Origin: Octopus bimaculoides | Lineage: Eukaryota | Direction: 5' to 3' | Assembly: GCF_001194135.2 (NCBI RefSeq) | Contig: NC_069005.1 | Span: forward strand, 1,424,761 to 1,488,760 | DNA: 64,000 nucleotides | Translations under genes and position numbers: made by a program | Part shown: positions 31,548 through 44,740 of the stretch, one piece after another | Layout of the letters: each line of letters begins with the position of its first letter | Numbering within the stretch: position 1 is the first letter of the stretch | The notes under the pieces: model-generated | Told to the model about the DNA's origin: nothing | The model's database searches: none | What the model saw: the letters and a program-made list of their open reading frames with translations, nothing else

Positions 31548-32479
31548 TTTCTCTCTCTCTCTCTCTCTCTGTCANNNNNNNNNNCACACACACACACACA
31601 CACTCACATACACACATCACACACACACACACTCACATACACACATCACACACATACACACATCACACACATACACACATCACACACATACACACATCAC
31701 ACACATACACACACATAGATTTACATTTATACGCTCAATCAATCGTAAAAGTACTTTTGGTACGATTAAAGTTTTTCCTAATATTTGTTAATTTGAGGAA
31801 GAGAGAGGCCATTAAGGTCATGTCCCATTAACTTCATGTCTCATTAAAACCATATTGCATTAAAACTATCCCGTTTAAATTGTATCCTATTAAAACTGTC
31901 CCATTAAAGTTATCTCCTATTGAGACCATATCCTCTTAGGTCTTACGGCCTTGCAAACACCCTCAAGGTGCAATGTGTTAGCAATTTCATACAATACAGG
32001 CCGATGTTTACAAAAAAAAAAAAAGAAAAAAAAGATGAGTTCATTTCAGGTGATCGGAATTCTGGAGGAGAAGGATCAATCGGCGACGAGACGAGGGATG
32101 AATGCATCGACCCCAGTGCACAATTGGTACTAATCTTATTGAATACGAGAGGACAAAATGCAAAGAATCGGCCTAGGTGGAATTTGAACTCAGACAGAAA
32201 AGACGGATGAAATGCTACTTGGCATTTTGCCCGGCGTGCAAACCGTTCTGCCAGCTCTCCGCTTTACATAAGTCTATAAATCATAGAATGTAAATATTGA
32301 GCTGAAAAATCTCCTTCGGATAGAAAAGGTCGAGGGCTGTTTCTGGGCTCCACAAGTTTCACCTATATTTACATACTATTTTGTATAGTTTTATGTGCAT
32401 GCTTCGAGATACTACACCCACCTCTCCAAAAGAAATTAGTTTATGTTCTCCCGAAGACTTATAAAATTCTTATGACGTC

Positions 32480-32870
32480 AATAATATATATATAATCGGC
32501 TCCAGCATTCTATCGTTAGCAGGTGACAATTCCGCTACAATTCCGAAAACTAACATTTTCAATCTACCGCTCAGCCTGTTAAACTCCAAATCAAAGATGA
32601 TTTCCGCATGTCCCCACCAAATCTGCAACAACTCCCTCAAAGTATTAAAAGACAAAGGATTACCAATAGCGTTAAATGGACCATTGTAGGATCACCTCCA
32701 GCACATTGTATCAGTAGCAAATACCAACTCCGCTTTGCATAAAGAAAATTAACACCTCAAATCTAACAATAGCATTAAATGGACCATTATGGAATCGGCT
32801 CCTACACATCCTATCGGTAGCAAGTACCAACTCTGCTTAGCAGAAAAATTTAACATCCCAACTCTACCGT
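32480..32870 (+). mobile_element. Penelope-like element GIY-YIG C-terminal remnant with internal tandem duplication
   Basis: KSATTPSKY/LKDK, NSVKWTIVGSPPAHCISSKYQL and NSIKWTIMESAPTHPIGSKYQLCLAEKFNI (PLE motif IKW.I...A.PY.....C.LCL.EK..I). Confidence 0.55.
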
Positions 32871-33528
32871 TCAGATATATATATATATATATATATATAN
32901 NNNNNNNNNNNNNNNNNNNNNNNNNNNNNNNNNNNNNNNNNNNNNNNNNNNNNNNNNNNNNNNNNNNNNNNNNNNNNNNNNNNNNNNNNNNNNNNNNNNN
33001 NNNNNNNNNNNNNNNNNNNNNNNNNNNNNNNNNNNNNNNNNNNNNNNNNNNNNNNNNNNNNNNNNNNNNNNNNGGCTCAACAGCCTTCACCGTTTGTTTT
33101 TACAGTCTTGTTCTCACTGTTTTGTTTTTACTGTTTTTATTGCTTTTACTGTCTTGTTCTCTCTGTCCTGTTCTTGTTAACACTTTCACTCTCCGCAAAA
33201 AATTCCAAATTTTATCTAATTTGCTTTACGGGAAGGACTGTTCCAACGAAGTCACGTATTGTCCTTGCCTTCGAAACGCGGAGTAGATGGAACAGGGACA
33301 ACTGAAGAAGGCAAATGTTCTTTATGTTGCATGTCTCGTTTCTCTGTTTGTTTTTTTTTCGTTGTTCGAGAAAAGTTCGTTTTCTGTTTTCGTTTTTATG
33401 TTTTCGTTTCTCATTGTGTTCAACGTTTTTTTGTGATGTCCTGTGCCCATATATGCACGTATGTATACATATAGATGTAGGTACCTGCATATCTGTATGG
33501 ATATATGCATATATCTATATTATTTATA

Positions 33529-33614
<86 letters not shown>

Positions 33615-34175
33615 NNNNNNNNNNNNNNNNNNNNNNNNNNNNNNNNNNNNNNNNNNNNNNNNNNNNNNNNNNNNNNNNNNNNNNNNNNNNNNNNNNNNNN
33701 NNNNNNNNNNNNNNNNNNNNNNNNNNNNNNNNNNNNNNNNNNNNNNNNNNNNNNNNNNNNNNNNNNNNNNNNNNNNNNNNNNNNNNNNNNNNNNNNNNNN
33801 NNNNNNNNNNNNNNNNNNNNNNNNNNNNNNNNNNNNNNNNNNNNNNNNNNNNNNNNNNNNNNNNNNNNNNNNNNNNNNNNNNNNNNNNNNNNNNNNNNNN
33901 NNNNNNNNNNNNNNNNNNNNNNNNNNNNNNNNNNNNNNNNNNNNNNNNNNNNNNNNNNNNNNNNNNNNNNNNNNNNNNNNNNNNNNNNNNNNNNNNNNNN
34001 NNNNNNNNNNNNNNNNNNNNNNNNNNNNNNNNNNNNNNNNNNNNNNNNNNNNNNNNNNNNNNNNNNNNNNNNNNNNNNNNNNNNNNNNNNNNNNNNNNNN
34101 NNNNNNNNNNNNNNNNNNNNNNNNNNNNNNNNNNNNNNNNNNNNNNNNNNNNNNNNNNNNNNNNNNNNNNNNNNN

Positions 34176-34243
<68 letters not shown>

Positions 34244-35041
34244 CCGACGATGAATGTCCAGAATAACACGAGAATAATGTATAAAAAAGAAAGCAATGGT
34301 TTCGCAGATGTTCCCTAATTTCATAAAAAATTTTACATCTCAGCTGTTTCAACGATTAAAGTAGAAACAACATTAATCATATAATTACTTAATTAATATA
34401 GAAAAAAACATATTTAATTAGTTGAAAATGCGACAAATCCTTTATTCAGAAAATATAATTGAAACATTTAAATCAAAACACCTTTTTTGTTATGAATATG
34501 ACATAAAAGAGATGGAGAGAGAACATACATATGCCTGTGTATATATGTGTATATATGTGTGCATTGTGTTTGTTTGTGTATATATAGACGATGCTGTATA
34601 GTTACGTATGTCTGTTCTTTTATTCGTTTACTTGTTTCGGTCATCTGAACCCAGTCATCGAACCCAGGACTTATTCTTTGTAAGCCTAGTACTTATTCCA
34701 TCGGTCTGTTATTATATCAGGCATCGGTTGTCAAGCGATGTTGGGGGGGGGGGTCACAAATTAACACACAAACACACACACACATGCATNNNNNNNNNNN
34801 NNNNNNNNNNNNNNNNNNNNNNNNNNNNNNNNNNNNNNNNNNNNNNNNNNNNNNNNNNNNNNNNNNNNNNNNNNNNNNNNNNNNNNNNNNNNNNNNNNNN
34901 NNNNNNNNNNNNNNNNNNNNNNNNNNNNNNNNNNNNNNNNNNNNNNNNNNNNNNNNNNNNNNNNNNNNNNNNNNNNNNNNNNNNNNNNNNNNNNNNNNNN
35001 NNNNNNNNNNNNNNNNNNNNNNNNNNNNNNNNNNNNNNNNN

Positions 35042-35091
<50 letters not shown>

Positions 35092-35206
35092 GCATACATA
35101 CACATATGTATATACATACATACATACTTAGACTCACACACATATACATAGACTTATATAAATACTTGTGTATATGTATGTATGCATGTATGCATGTATG
35201 TATGTA

Positions 35207-35240
<34 letters not shown>

Positions 35241-35752
35241 CATATATATATGTGTATGTGTGTGTGTGACCATATATCTCAAGAATGTAAGAACTTGGTA
35301 TATTTGGACAGCTGGTGTGTGTGTGCGCGCACGCGTGTGTGTGTGTGCGTGTGTGTGTGTGCATGTGTGTGTGTGTGTGCGTGCGTGCATGCGTGTATGC
35401 GTGCGTGCCTGCGTGCGTGTGTGCGGCGTGTGCGCCCAGCTGCGTGTCTACTGAGCCCTATAGGTAGCCATTGATCCCCAGTCACTCGTCCTCATCAGAT
35501 CTCTTTCGATCCAGTTCGACTTATTGATTTTATAACATGCAGTCATTAACAAAACCAGGCAAGCTGTCAGCCAGCAATGAACCGACGGCCCCACTGGAAG
35601 GAACAGGTGAGGGGGGGGGTCCTCGTGAGACGCAAAATGCACTAAATATGTCCACCTGTTGGGAGATGGGCGGACCCTGCAAAAATGATGAACTCTTGCG
35701 GGGCTGGGGTGGAAATGCATTGGAGTAAAACGATAATGTCTCCCAGACTGGA

Positions 35753-35817
<65 letters not shown>

Positions 35818-36009
35818 GGAACAAATGTTTATCAATATCTATCTATCCAAGTATGTATGTATCCATATCCATCTATTTAACTAGTTAGCTCTCTCGCTCT
35901 CTTATTCTCTCTCTCTTTTCCTCTCTCTCTCTCTTTATGTATGTATGTGTCTGTCTGCCTGCCTGCCTACCTGCCAGTCTGTCTGTCTGTCTGTCTGCCT
36001 GCCTGTCTG

Positions 36010-36053
<44 letters not shown>

Positions 36054-36107
36054 AGAAATATATATATATAAATATGTATGTATGTATACGTAACTGAGAC
36101 TTCCAAT

Positions 36108-36159
<52 letters not shown>

Positions 36160-36924
36160 TGTGTCTGTGTTTGTCCCCCAACATCGCTTGACAACCGATG
36201 CTGGTGTGTTTATCGACCCCGAAAGGATGAAAGGCAAAGTCGACCTCGGCGGAATTTGAACTCAGAACATAAAGACAGACGAATGATCGATGATTATTAT
36301 TTGGAATTAAGGTGGTGAGCTGGCTGAATCGTTAACGTGCCGGAAAAAGTGTTAGCAGCATTTCTTGCGACTCTTGGTTCTGAGATCAAATGCCGCAGGG
36401 GTCAAACTTTGTCTTTCATCCTCTCGGGGTCGATAAATTAAGTACCAGTTGAGCGCAGGGGTTGATATAATCGACTTTGCCCCTCTCCCGAAATTGCTGG
36501 CCTTGTGCCAAAATTTGAAATCATTATTATTATTTGGAAAATTCGAAGTTCCACATCAGCGTAAAGACAGAAGTTTAGTTGCCAAAGAATGTGAAAACTA
36601 ATTAAAACAACGATATTGACAGACTGGGCCGCGAAAGGTGAGAATGTAGTCATCTTTGGAATTCCAATTATTTCCAAAGACACCTCATTTAAATATAAAA
36701 GGGTTAAAAGTTAGAGATGACAGGGGTTGTGACCGGAGAATTCTTGCCTTTCCCACGACCGATTGTCTGTCGTCGCAATTTCACGAATCTGAACAGAAAA
36801 TCACTTTAGTTTCTCCAGAAGGAACCAAACACAGAGAACATTGTTTAGTATCACGCATTTTTGGGACATTCACTCACAACGCACACACATATGTTTATTG
36901 TTATACATGAGTATGTAAGGGTGT

Positions 36925-37085
36925 GGAGGCGCAATAGCCCAGTGGTTAGGGCAGCGGGGAGAATCTACGTTAAGAGTACACGTGTCTGTGGAGTACTCAC
37001 CCACTTGCACATTAATTTCATGAGCAGGCTGTTTCGTTGATTGGATCATCTGGAACCCTCGTCGTCGTAACCGACGGAGTGCCAC
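36925..37085 (+). mobile_element. SINE-like element (ggaggcgcaatagcccagtggttagggcagcgg...)
   Basis: tRNA-like A box TAGCCCAGTGGTTAG at the 5' end; B-box region appears deleted. Confidence 0.5.
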
Positions 37086-37484
37086 GACGATATGAGTGTA
37101 CACACGCACACACACGTATCTATATGTATATACATATGCATTGATGAGTGTATATACACATACACACACATGTATGTATATGCATATGCGTATATGAGTG
37201 TATGAATATTTATGTATGTACGTACGAGTGTATGTATGTATAATGCACGCGCGTATGAAGTATTTCAATGCTAACATCGAATTAAACTTTCGAAATACGC
37301 TCCTGCTAGCATACCAAATGTATACATGCGATGAGGTTCTTCAACCTCCCGGCATAGTTACGTTTCTGTAACATTATCTTATTGGAAACTTAGAAAGAAC
37401 TGACCCCTCTCCCCGCCACAAATATATTTATATACACGCAAACACATTCATACGCGCATACAGATTCACACACACACACACACA

Positions 37485-37516
<32 letters not shown>

Positions 37517-38030
37517 CACACACACATTTTCTTTTATTTCTTTTACTTGTTTCAGTCATTTGATTGCAGCCATGATGGAGCACTGTCTTAAAGGGCTTTA
37601 GTCAAGGAAATCAACCCCAAGACTTATTCTTTGTACGCCTAGTACTGATTCTATCGGTTCCTTTAGCCGAACCGCTAAGTTATTGAGACGTAAACACACC
37701 AACATCGGTTGTTAAGCGATGGTGGGTGGACGAACACAAATCCAAAGACACACAAACATAAATATATACATACAACGAGTTTCTTTCTTGGATACGAGAT
37801 TTGCCAACTGTATGTATGTGTGTATGTATGTATGTATGCATACATCTACGTATGTATGTACGTATATATGTATGTATGCATGTGTGTACGTATGTATGCA
37901 TGTGTGTACATATGCATGTATGTATGTATGTATGTATGTATGCATGCATTTACGTATATGTGTATGCATGCATGCATGTATGTATGTATGTATGTATGTG
38001 CGTACGTATGTATGTATGTGTGTGTATGTA

Positions 38031-38061
<31 letters not shown>

Positions 38062-38364
38062 ATGTATGTATGTATGTGTGTGTGTATGTATGTGTGTATA
38101 CAGCAAATGTCCGTCTCTGATTCTACTGGTAACTCTACCACATCAGTACTTGACATATTTTTAATTAATGTTTTTGAAAACGAAGGAAAAGAGCCAAAAA
38201 AAAAAAAATGGTGAAAATGAAAAACACGAAAATCAGGTTTACTCGCCAAACTTGTTTTTGTTTACAACAACAAACAACAACAACAACAACAAAGGAAGTG
38301 ATTAAAAATAGTGAAAAACACATCCGAGAGTACAATAGTGTCTCTCGAGACAATCCTACAAAGT

Positions 38365-38367
<3 letters not shown>

Positions 38368-38453
<86 letters not shown>
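38368..38453. repeat. (ATT)n microsatellite, representative of very numerous (GT)n, (AT)n, (CT)n, (CAT)n, (ATT)n and (GTAT)n tracts
   Basis: Direct reading. Others include (GT)n 60-105, (GTA)n 13921-13980, (ATT)n 17486-17533 and 22977-23037, (GTAT)n 37810-38100, CT-rich 60073-60475. Confidence 0.95.
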
Positions 38454-38456
<3 letters not shown>

Positions 38457-39227
38457 ACACGTCGCACCAAAATTCATTCTTGGTGGACCCTTCCCATTTT
38501 TCTTCAATGTAAATTTTAACAGTTATATTTCCTGTGATTTTGTTTTTTTCCTTTAGCTTTTAACAAAATCAAAACAATTCATCGTCTTGTTCTTTTCTTT
38601 TTTTTATTATTATTTCATTTAATTTTATATTTTTCTTATCTTTTTTTTTCAATCCGCTTCTTTTTTTTTTCATTTAAGAATTTATTTATTTATTTTAACC
38701 TCTGGCGTTTTTGTCCTTTGTCATTGTTTATTTGGAGAGTTAACACCCAGAAATACATACATTAACATGAAAAGTAGATTGTCAAACTGATCAAAAATTC
38801 TTTTCAAACGCTTTAAAGTGTCGGCTTTTATTTATTTATCTATTTATTTATTTACTTATTTACTTATTTACTTATTCATTCATTCATTTGTCACAGCAAT
38901 GGTATTGTTAAACGTAGCAAGCAAGAAGGAAGGCGGTCGAGTGGATTTACCGTTAACTGTTGTTAGCGATTTTAATAAAGATTGCAGTCAAAAAGAAATC
39001 GATACATAATGTACTTCTTACTGATTGCGTCGTTAAAAATAAAGAATGAAGAAAACACAGAATACAGGTTTATCCCAAAGATGGCCTGGAAGGAACTAAA
39101 CAGACGATATGGGTACCGTCAGGTGTGGGGGACACGCGCCCATGCAGCGCGTAGTTGTATTCACCCTTTGTCAGTATATTTCTTGCTGCTCCTGTGCGAC
39201 CTGTCGGGTAAAGTACCAGTTTGTCCC

Positions 39228-40155
39228 CATCTCCGCAAGATACTTTTTCATCTGCATTATCGATAGGAACTTCCCACCTGGTCATAAATACCATTCTATA
39301 TTTAATGGATCCTGTCTTAAATTATCTTGTTCTACCACATCCAATCTTGGATCTATCATCGCAGCCAATAATAGACTTAAACTTAGAAATAACGAAACCA
39401 TTAGAGATAACTTAGCTGACCTTAACACGAAGAACAATAATAAGGACTTGGATGTTAAAAATAGTAAGACTAAACCCGGAAACAAAATAAAAATATGTAA
39501 TTGTCGTAATAGGGAATTTTGTTCCCTTAAAGGCTTCTGTTTAGGGAGAAATACCGTTTATAAAGTCGAAGTCTCAACCCTAAATGAACCTAAAAATATT
39601 TACATAGGTAGTACAAATGACTTTAAAAGTAGATATAGGGCGCGGATAAACTCTTTCACTAACCACGAAATAAAAAAACTCAATCACACAAGCAACCTAC
39701 ATCAATAAATTAAAAACGAACCATAAAGGATTCAGTCTAAATTGGTCTACAATAAGGGAAGCCACACCATATAATATATACACGAAGAATTACGATTTAT
39801 GCAGGAAGGAAGCGATCCACAGAATCCGAGCCAACAAATATCTTTCAACGTTTAAATTTTTCACCCAAAATAATTAAGCAGTAGGATTCTAATTTAGCCT
39901 TACTTCATATTATGGACTCTTCTAAAATTTTATATTATATATATAGCGTCGTAATACGCTTTAGCCTTTTAACATCTTATACCCGATGCGAATGGTCCAA
40001 TAAAACATTTGATTTTTAAAAATTATTTAATCCACCATTTCTTTTAAAGTTTTAACCTTGTGAATCTATTAACTCTGACGAGAGAAATACAGAGTATTAC
40101 TATGGTTGGAGTTAGCTCGCCCATAGCAACCTACATCTTTTTGAAACAGCCATAG
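39228..40155 (+). mobile_element. Penelope-like element 3' remnant: post-RT linker, GIY-YIG endonuclease and 3' region
   Basis: IDRNFPPGHKYHSIFN...CNCRNREFCSLKGFCLGRNTVYKVEV...IYIGSTNDFKSRY...(frameshift) LNWSTIREATPYN...DLCRKEAI; followed by decayed hammerhead boxes CTGACGA (40075) and GAAAC (40143). Confidence 0.8.
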
Positions 40156-42933
40156 ACTTTATACATGTTCCAGACTCCTTATGAATCATCTTACATTCGC
40201 TTTATCCTCCTCTTCGTTGATTCAAATTCGAACACTCGGACTTCGCAAGTACATTTATGGATTTATATTTTTATATATTTATATTTATGAATTTAATGTG
40301 TTTATAAATTTTTATATGTCTATGAATTTTTATATATTTGTTAATTTTTGTCTATATGTATTTATAAATTCTTATAAATTTTTTATATATCATATAGAAG
40401 AATGCATCTATGTATGTTGAGAGAATAAAAAAAAATTATAGAGTTAGCAGTCAACATACATGCATATATACATATATACATCATCATCATCATCATCATC
40501 GTTTAACGTCCGCTTTCCATGCTAGCATGGGTTGAACGATTTGACTGAGGACTGGTAAAACCGGATGGCAACACCAGGCTCCAGTCTGATTTGGCAGAGT
40601 TTCTACAGCTGGATGCCCTTCCTAATGCCAACCACTCCGGGAGTGTAGTGGGTGCTTTTACATGCCACCGGCACGAAGGCCAGTCAGGCGGTACTGGCAA
40701 CGGCCACGCTCAAAATCGTGTATTTTATGTGCCACCTGCACAGGAGCCAGTCCGGTGGCACTGGCAACGACCTCGCTCGAATGTCTTTTCACGTTCCACT
40801 GGCACAAGTGCCAGGAAGGCGACGCTGATAACAATTACGCTCAAACGGTGCTATTTACGTGCCACTGTCACGGAAGCCAGACAGCTGCTCTGGCAACGAT
40901 CGCACTCAGACGGTGCTCTTAGCGTTCCACTGGTACAGGTGCCATCACGATTTCGCTTTCATTTGCCCCAACAGGTCTTCGCAAGCCGAGTTCAGTGTCC
41001 AATGAAGGAGACGTTAGCATGGGTGTCAATCGTCGAATTTAGTTCGATTTCGATTTCACTTGCCTCAACAGGTCTTCGCAAGCGGAGTTTAGTGTCCAAT
41101 GAAGGAAAGGTACGCATAAGTGGGCTGGCTACACCCCTTGGATTATAGTCTCACTTGGCTTGCCGGGTCTTCTCATGCACAGCATATTTCCAAAGGTCTC
41201 GGTCACAAGATTACCATCGAATTTGAATCAGACTGTTTTGATATATATNNNNNNNNNNNNNNNNNNNNNNNNNNNNNNNNNNNNNNNNNNNNNNNNNNNN
41301 NNNNNNNNNNNNNNNNNNNNNNNNNNNNNNNNNNNNNNNNNNNNNNNNNNNNNNNNNNNNNNNNNNNNNNNNNNNNNNNNNNNNNNNNNNNNNNNNNNNN
41401 NNNNNNNNNNNNNNNNNNNNNNNNNNNNNNNNNNNNNNNNNNNNNNNNNNNNNNNNNNNNNNNNNNNNNNNNNNNNNNNNNNNNNNNNNNNNNNNNNNNN
41501 NNNNNNNNNNNNNNNNNNNNNNNNNNNNNNNNNGACACCACCTCAGTTCCTTTATTGTTTGAACAAAGCTATTTTTATTTGAAGGCCAAGCAATTAATCT
41601 GAGTAGTTCGATTTCCAAGTTCACACAATGCAGATTTGATTGGCCAATAAACTGCGAAATCGTTCACAATCACTCATACTTACTCATTTATTTTTATATA
41701 GTTGTTAATCAGAAACGCACCAGTCGTTTGGAATGAAAAAGATGGAAACGTTATGGCTTTTACATATTTAACGAGTGGAACATGAAATTAAAAAAAAAAA
41801 TTACTAGAAATATATTAGTCATTGACTGGTGCCAATATCTGACAGCAATAACTCCATTGTTTTTTTTTTTTTTTGCGGATGTCTTTGAAGTATTTAATAT
41901 CTTAACAATAATACATAAAAAAAATATATAGCTTTTACTTTTATTTAATCACTCTTTCATAACGACTTGGTAAATGAACGTTATATTACACTGATGAGAT
42001 TGCAATAGGATGAAAAGCGTCTGCTGTTGTCTCCCTTACTTTCCGAACAAATGAAAACAAAAGCAAGTTATTGGCACTTATCCTACTCGCTTCTTTTGCC
42101 GAAACGCTAAGCTAAGGGGACATAAACAAACCTAATACCACTTATCGAACGATGGGTGGAAGGTCACACACACACACATACACGATGAGCTTCCGCACAG
42201 TTTTACACCGAAGCCATTTGTCAATTCGAGACAATAGAAGGAAGCACTTGGTCAAAGTACGGCGCTGTGGGATTGAACTTCGTGCTCCGAGAAGCGAACT
42301 TAACCGTTCAACCAGAGTAGCGTCGAATTGATCATGCCCGAGGAACCATTCGAAAATGGCACCTTTTTTTGAAATGGCACCTTTTTTTTCAGTCTAAGGA
42401 CTGAAAGAAGTAAAAGATAAAAGATCTATCTATCTTTATTCCTTTCTTTCTTTCTATTTGTGTGTGATGTATGTGCGCATATGAGTATATGTGTGCATGT
42501 GTGTGTGTGTGTGTGTTTCTGTTTGTCCCCCACCACCGCTTGACAGCGGGTGTTGATTTGTTTCCGTTCTCGTAACCTTGCGGATCGGCAAAAGATAACG
42601 ATAGAGTAAGTATTAAACTTAGAAGTAAGTACTGAGGTGGGTTTGTTGACTAAGTACTTCAATGCGGTGCCCCAGCATGACCGTAGTTCAATAACAGAAT
42701 CATCATGTAAAAGATAGAAAGGTAGTTTTCAAGAGAATACACACAGATCTTAGAATTCTGTAAGATTTTCCGTTGGGTGTCTTTTCCTTAAAGAAGTTAG
42801 CTCAGAACTACGAGTGAATGAAACGAGTGATGGACTTCTACATGACTGCTCCTATTTCTGTGACCACCCTTAGTTCGCCAACATAGTTTTATCCGTTATC
42901 TTTTAAGTGTTGTGCTAGGAAGTGCCGTAGACC

Positions 42934-43281
42934 GGATACGAACCTCTGGCTCCATGACAAGTTATTTTTTTGTATCGTATCCCTTATTGACTCGGCCATC
43001 CATTCATTAAGTCAATCAAACAGATATCACCTCATATTCTTTCCTTACCAACCTTCTTCCTATACTTTTTCTTTCCTTCAGTCTTTTCTTTCATTATTGG
43101 TATCTTTTTGTAAGTCTTTTTTTTAAGGTACAAAACGGCAGATTTTCGCAAAAAGCCGTCAAGTGTACTCAATGACCCGGCGTGGAGTTTTGTCTGGTTT
43201 TTGTTGATATTCCGGATTGGTAGCAAGATTCATTGTGCTCAAGCTGAACATAAAGTCACTTTGTTCTTTGTTATAGAAACC
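42934..43281. repeat. ~348-bp direct repeat, second copy at 51882-52228
   Basis: Near-identical sequence from ggatacgaacctct to ttatRgaaacc at both positions, with only scattered substitutions. Confidence 0.9.
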
Positions 43282-43743
43282 ACTGACACTTCTGCTCTCA
43301 GGTATATTCGTCCCTCTTTCCAAATTATACATTATATATTAGATTAATATGTACAAATAGATTGAAAGGACATAGAGAAAAAAGTATACACAATAGTGTG
43401 AGATTCGAAGCCTTATGACAAGCTTTCTGTCGGAAAAACTCTCCCGAATTCCTCTTCCTGTTCCTTCCTCTTTGTCTCTTGCATAATCAATTAATAGGCC
43501 TGGGTGCTTAAGTTCTTCCACGATCCAGCAGAAGGCAATGATCTTATTATGGTGGATATCAATGAAGCCAAATTCCCTTTTAATATGTGATGAAGTGCAA
43601 AGAGCTATCATAAAGATTTGTCCCAGAGACTTATGAATACGTAAATGGATCGCAAGGTCTCCCAGTGCTGTCTTAAGGCACAGACGTCCTTGGCAGTTAC
43701 TCGGGGTCTCAAGAGTCTTGAAGCCCAATTCTGATTTATGTAT

Positions 43744-43783
<40 letters not shown>

Positions 43784-44708
43784 TTGTACATTTGTGTTCA
43801 TTTTCTGAATATATTTAGTTATCTTAATTGATTGGAAGTGTTATCATGTACATTGTTTTGTCTTGGTATAAAAGATGGGTTACAGCAAATATTCTGTTCA
43901 ATACCACAGATTTGCTGGTCATTTGCTTGACCTTAACCAGTTGAGCATGTCTCTTAGCGGCTGATATGTGCATCTGTGATCACAAGCAGAAGTAGTAGGG
44001 GAGCATCATAGCCATGTGTTGAGAAGAATTCTTTGGGGTTTGGATAATTCACCTCTGGAAACATGGGAGTTTCGTTCGACATCCTTAAACAATCTTCATT
44101 CAAGGATCTTTTAAGCGGTATGAGAGATACTCGACCAGAAGAAAATTCTAACTCGGCCCCCCACCTGCAACTTCATACGCTGTTTATCTTGATATGAGAT
44201 CACCATGTCGTGCACATGTGGTTGTGATGCATGTGCCTGATGTACCCTTATCAGACGGGTAGTCATGATGGGTATAATGGGCTTCGTATATTTGTACCCC
44301 AGCATCACTTTGACGGCATGCATTGCTCGCCCACTCAGTAATAATGATAATTCTTTCTACTATAGGCACAAGGCCTGAAATTTTGGAGGATGGGGAAAGT
44401 TGATCACATCGACCCCAGTATTTGACTGGTACTTAGTTTATCAACCTCGAAAGGATGAAATGTAAAGTCGACCTCTGCGGAATTTGAACTCAGAACGTAA
44501 AGCCGGAATAGACGCCGCTAAGCATTTCGTCCGGCATGTTAACGATTCTGCCAGCTCCCCGCCTTAAACCCAGCTCGCCATATTGGTGTGGTTTTATTCA
44601 GGTGGGCTATTTCCTGCATTCAAGACATCTCTAAGCTATCGAATGCTTTCCGATAAATAAAGGCACTGTTTGCTAACTTGTCTTGTTCCATGTCCCTCTT
44701 CATCTCTC

Positions 44709-44740
<32 letters not shown>

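Noticed and set aside
33240-33290. CCAACGA...CTTC GAAAC GCGG hammerhead-like string
   Set aside because: Two core mismatches, no helix II and no NUH triplet.
35480-35520. Minus-strand GAAA-GAGAT-CTGATGA juxtaposition (possible type II hammerhead)
   Set aside because: Only 5 nt between the boxes, too short to form helices III and I.
37680-38249. ORFs of CV/YI/HT/MYVC dipeptide repeats here and throughout the window
   Set aside because: Translations of (GT)n, (AT)n and (GTAT)n microsatellites with no coding evidence.
43339-43791. 150-aa minus-strand ORF; also 30897..31316, 25928..26125 and 1436..1696
   Set aside because: No recognisable domain or splice context; probably chance ORFs or very old repeat debris.
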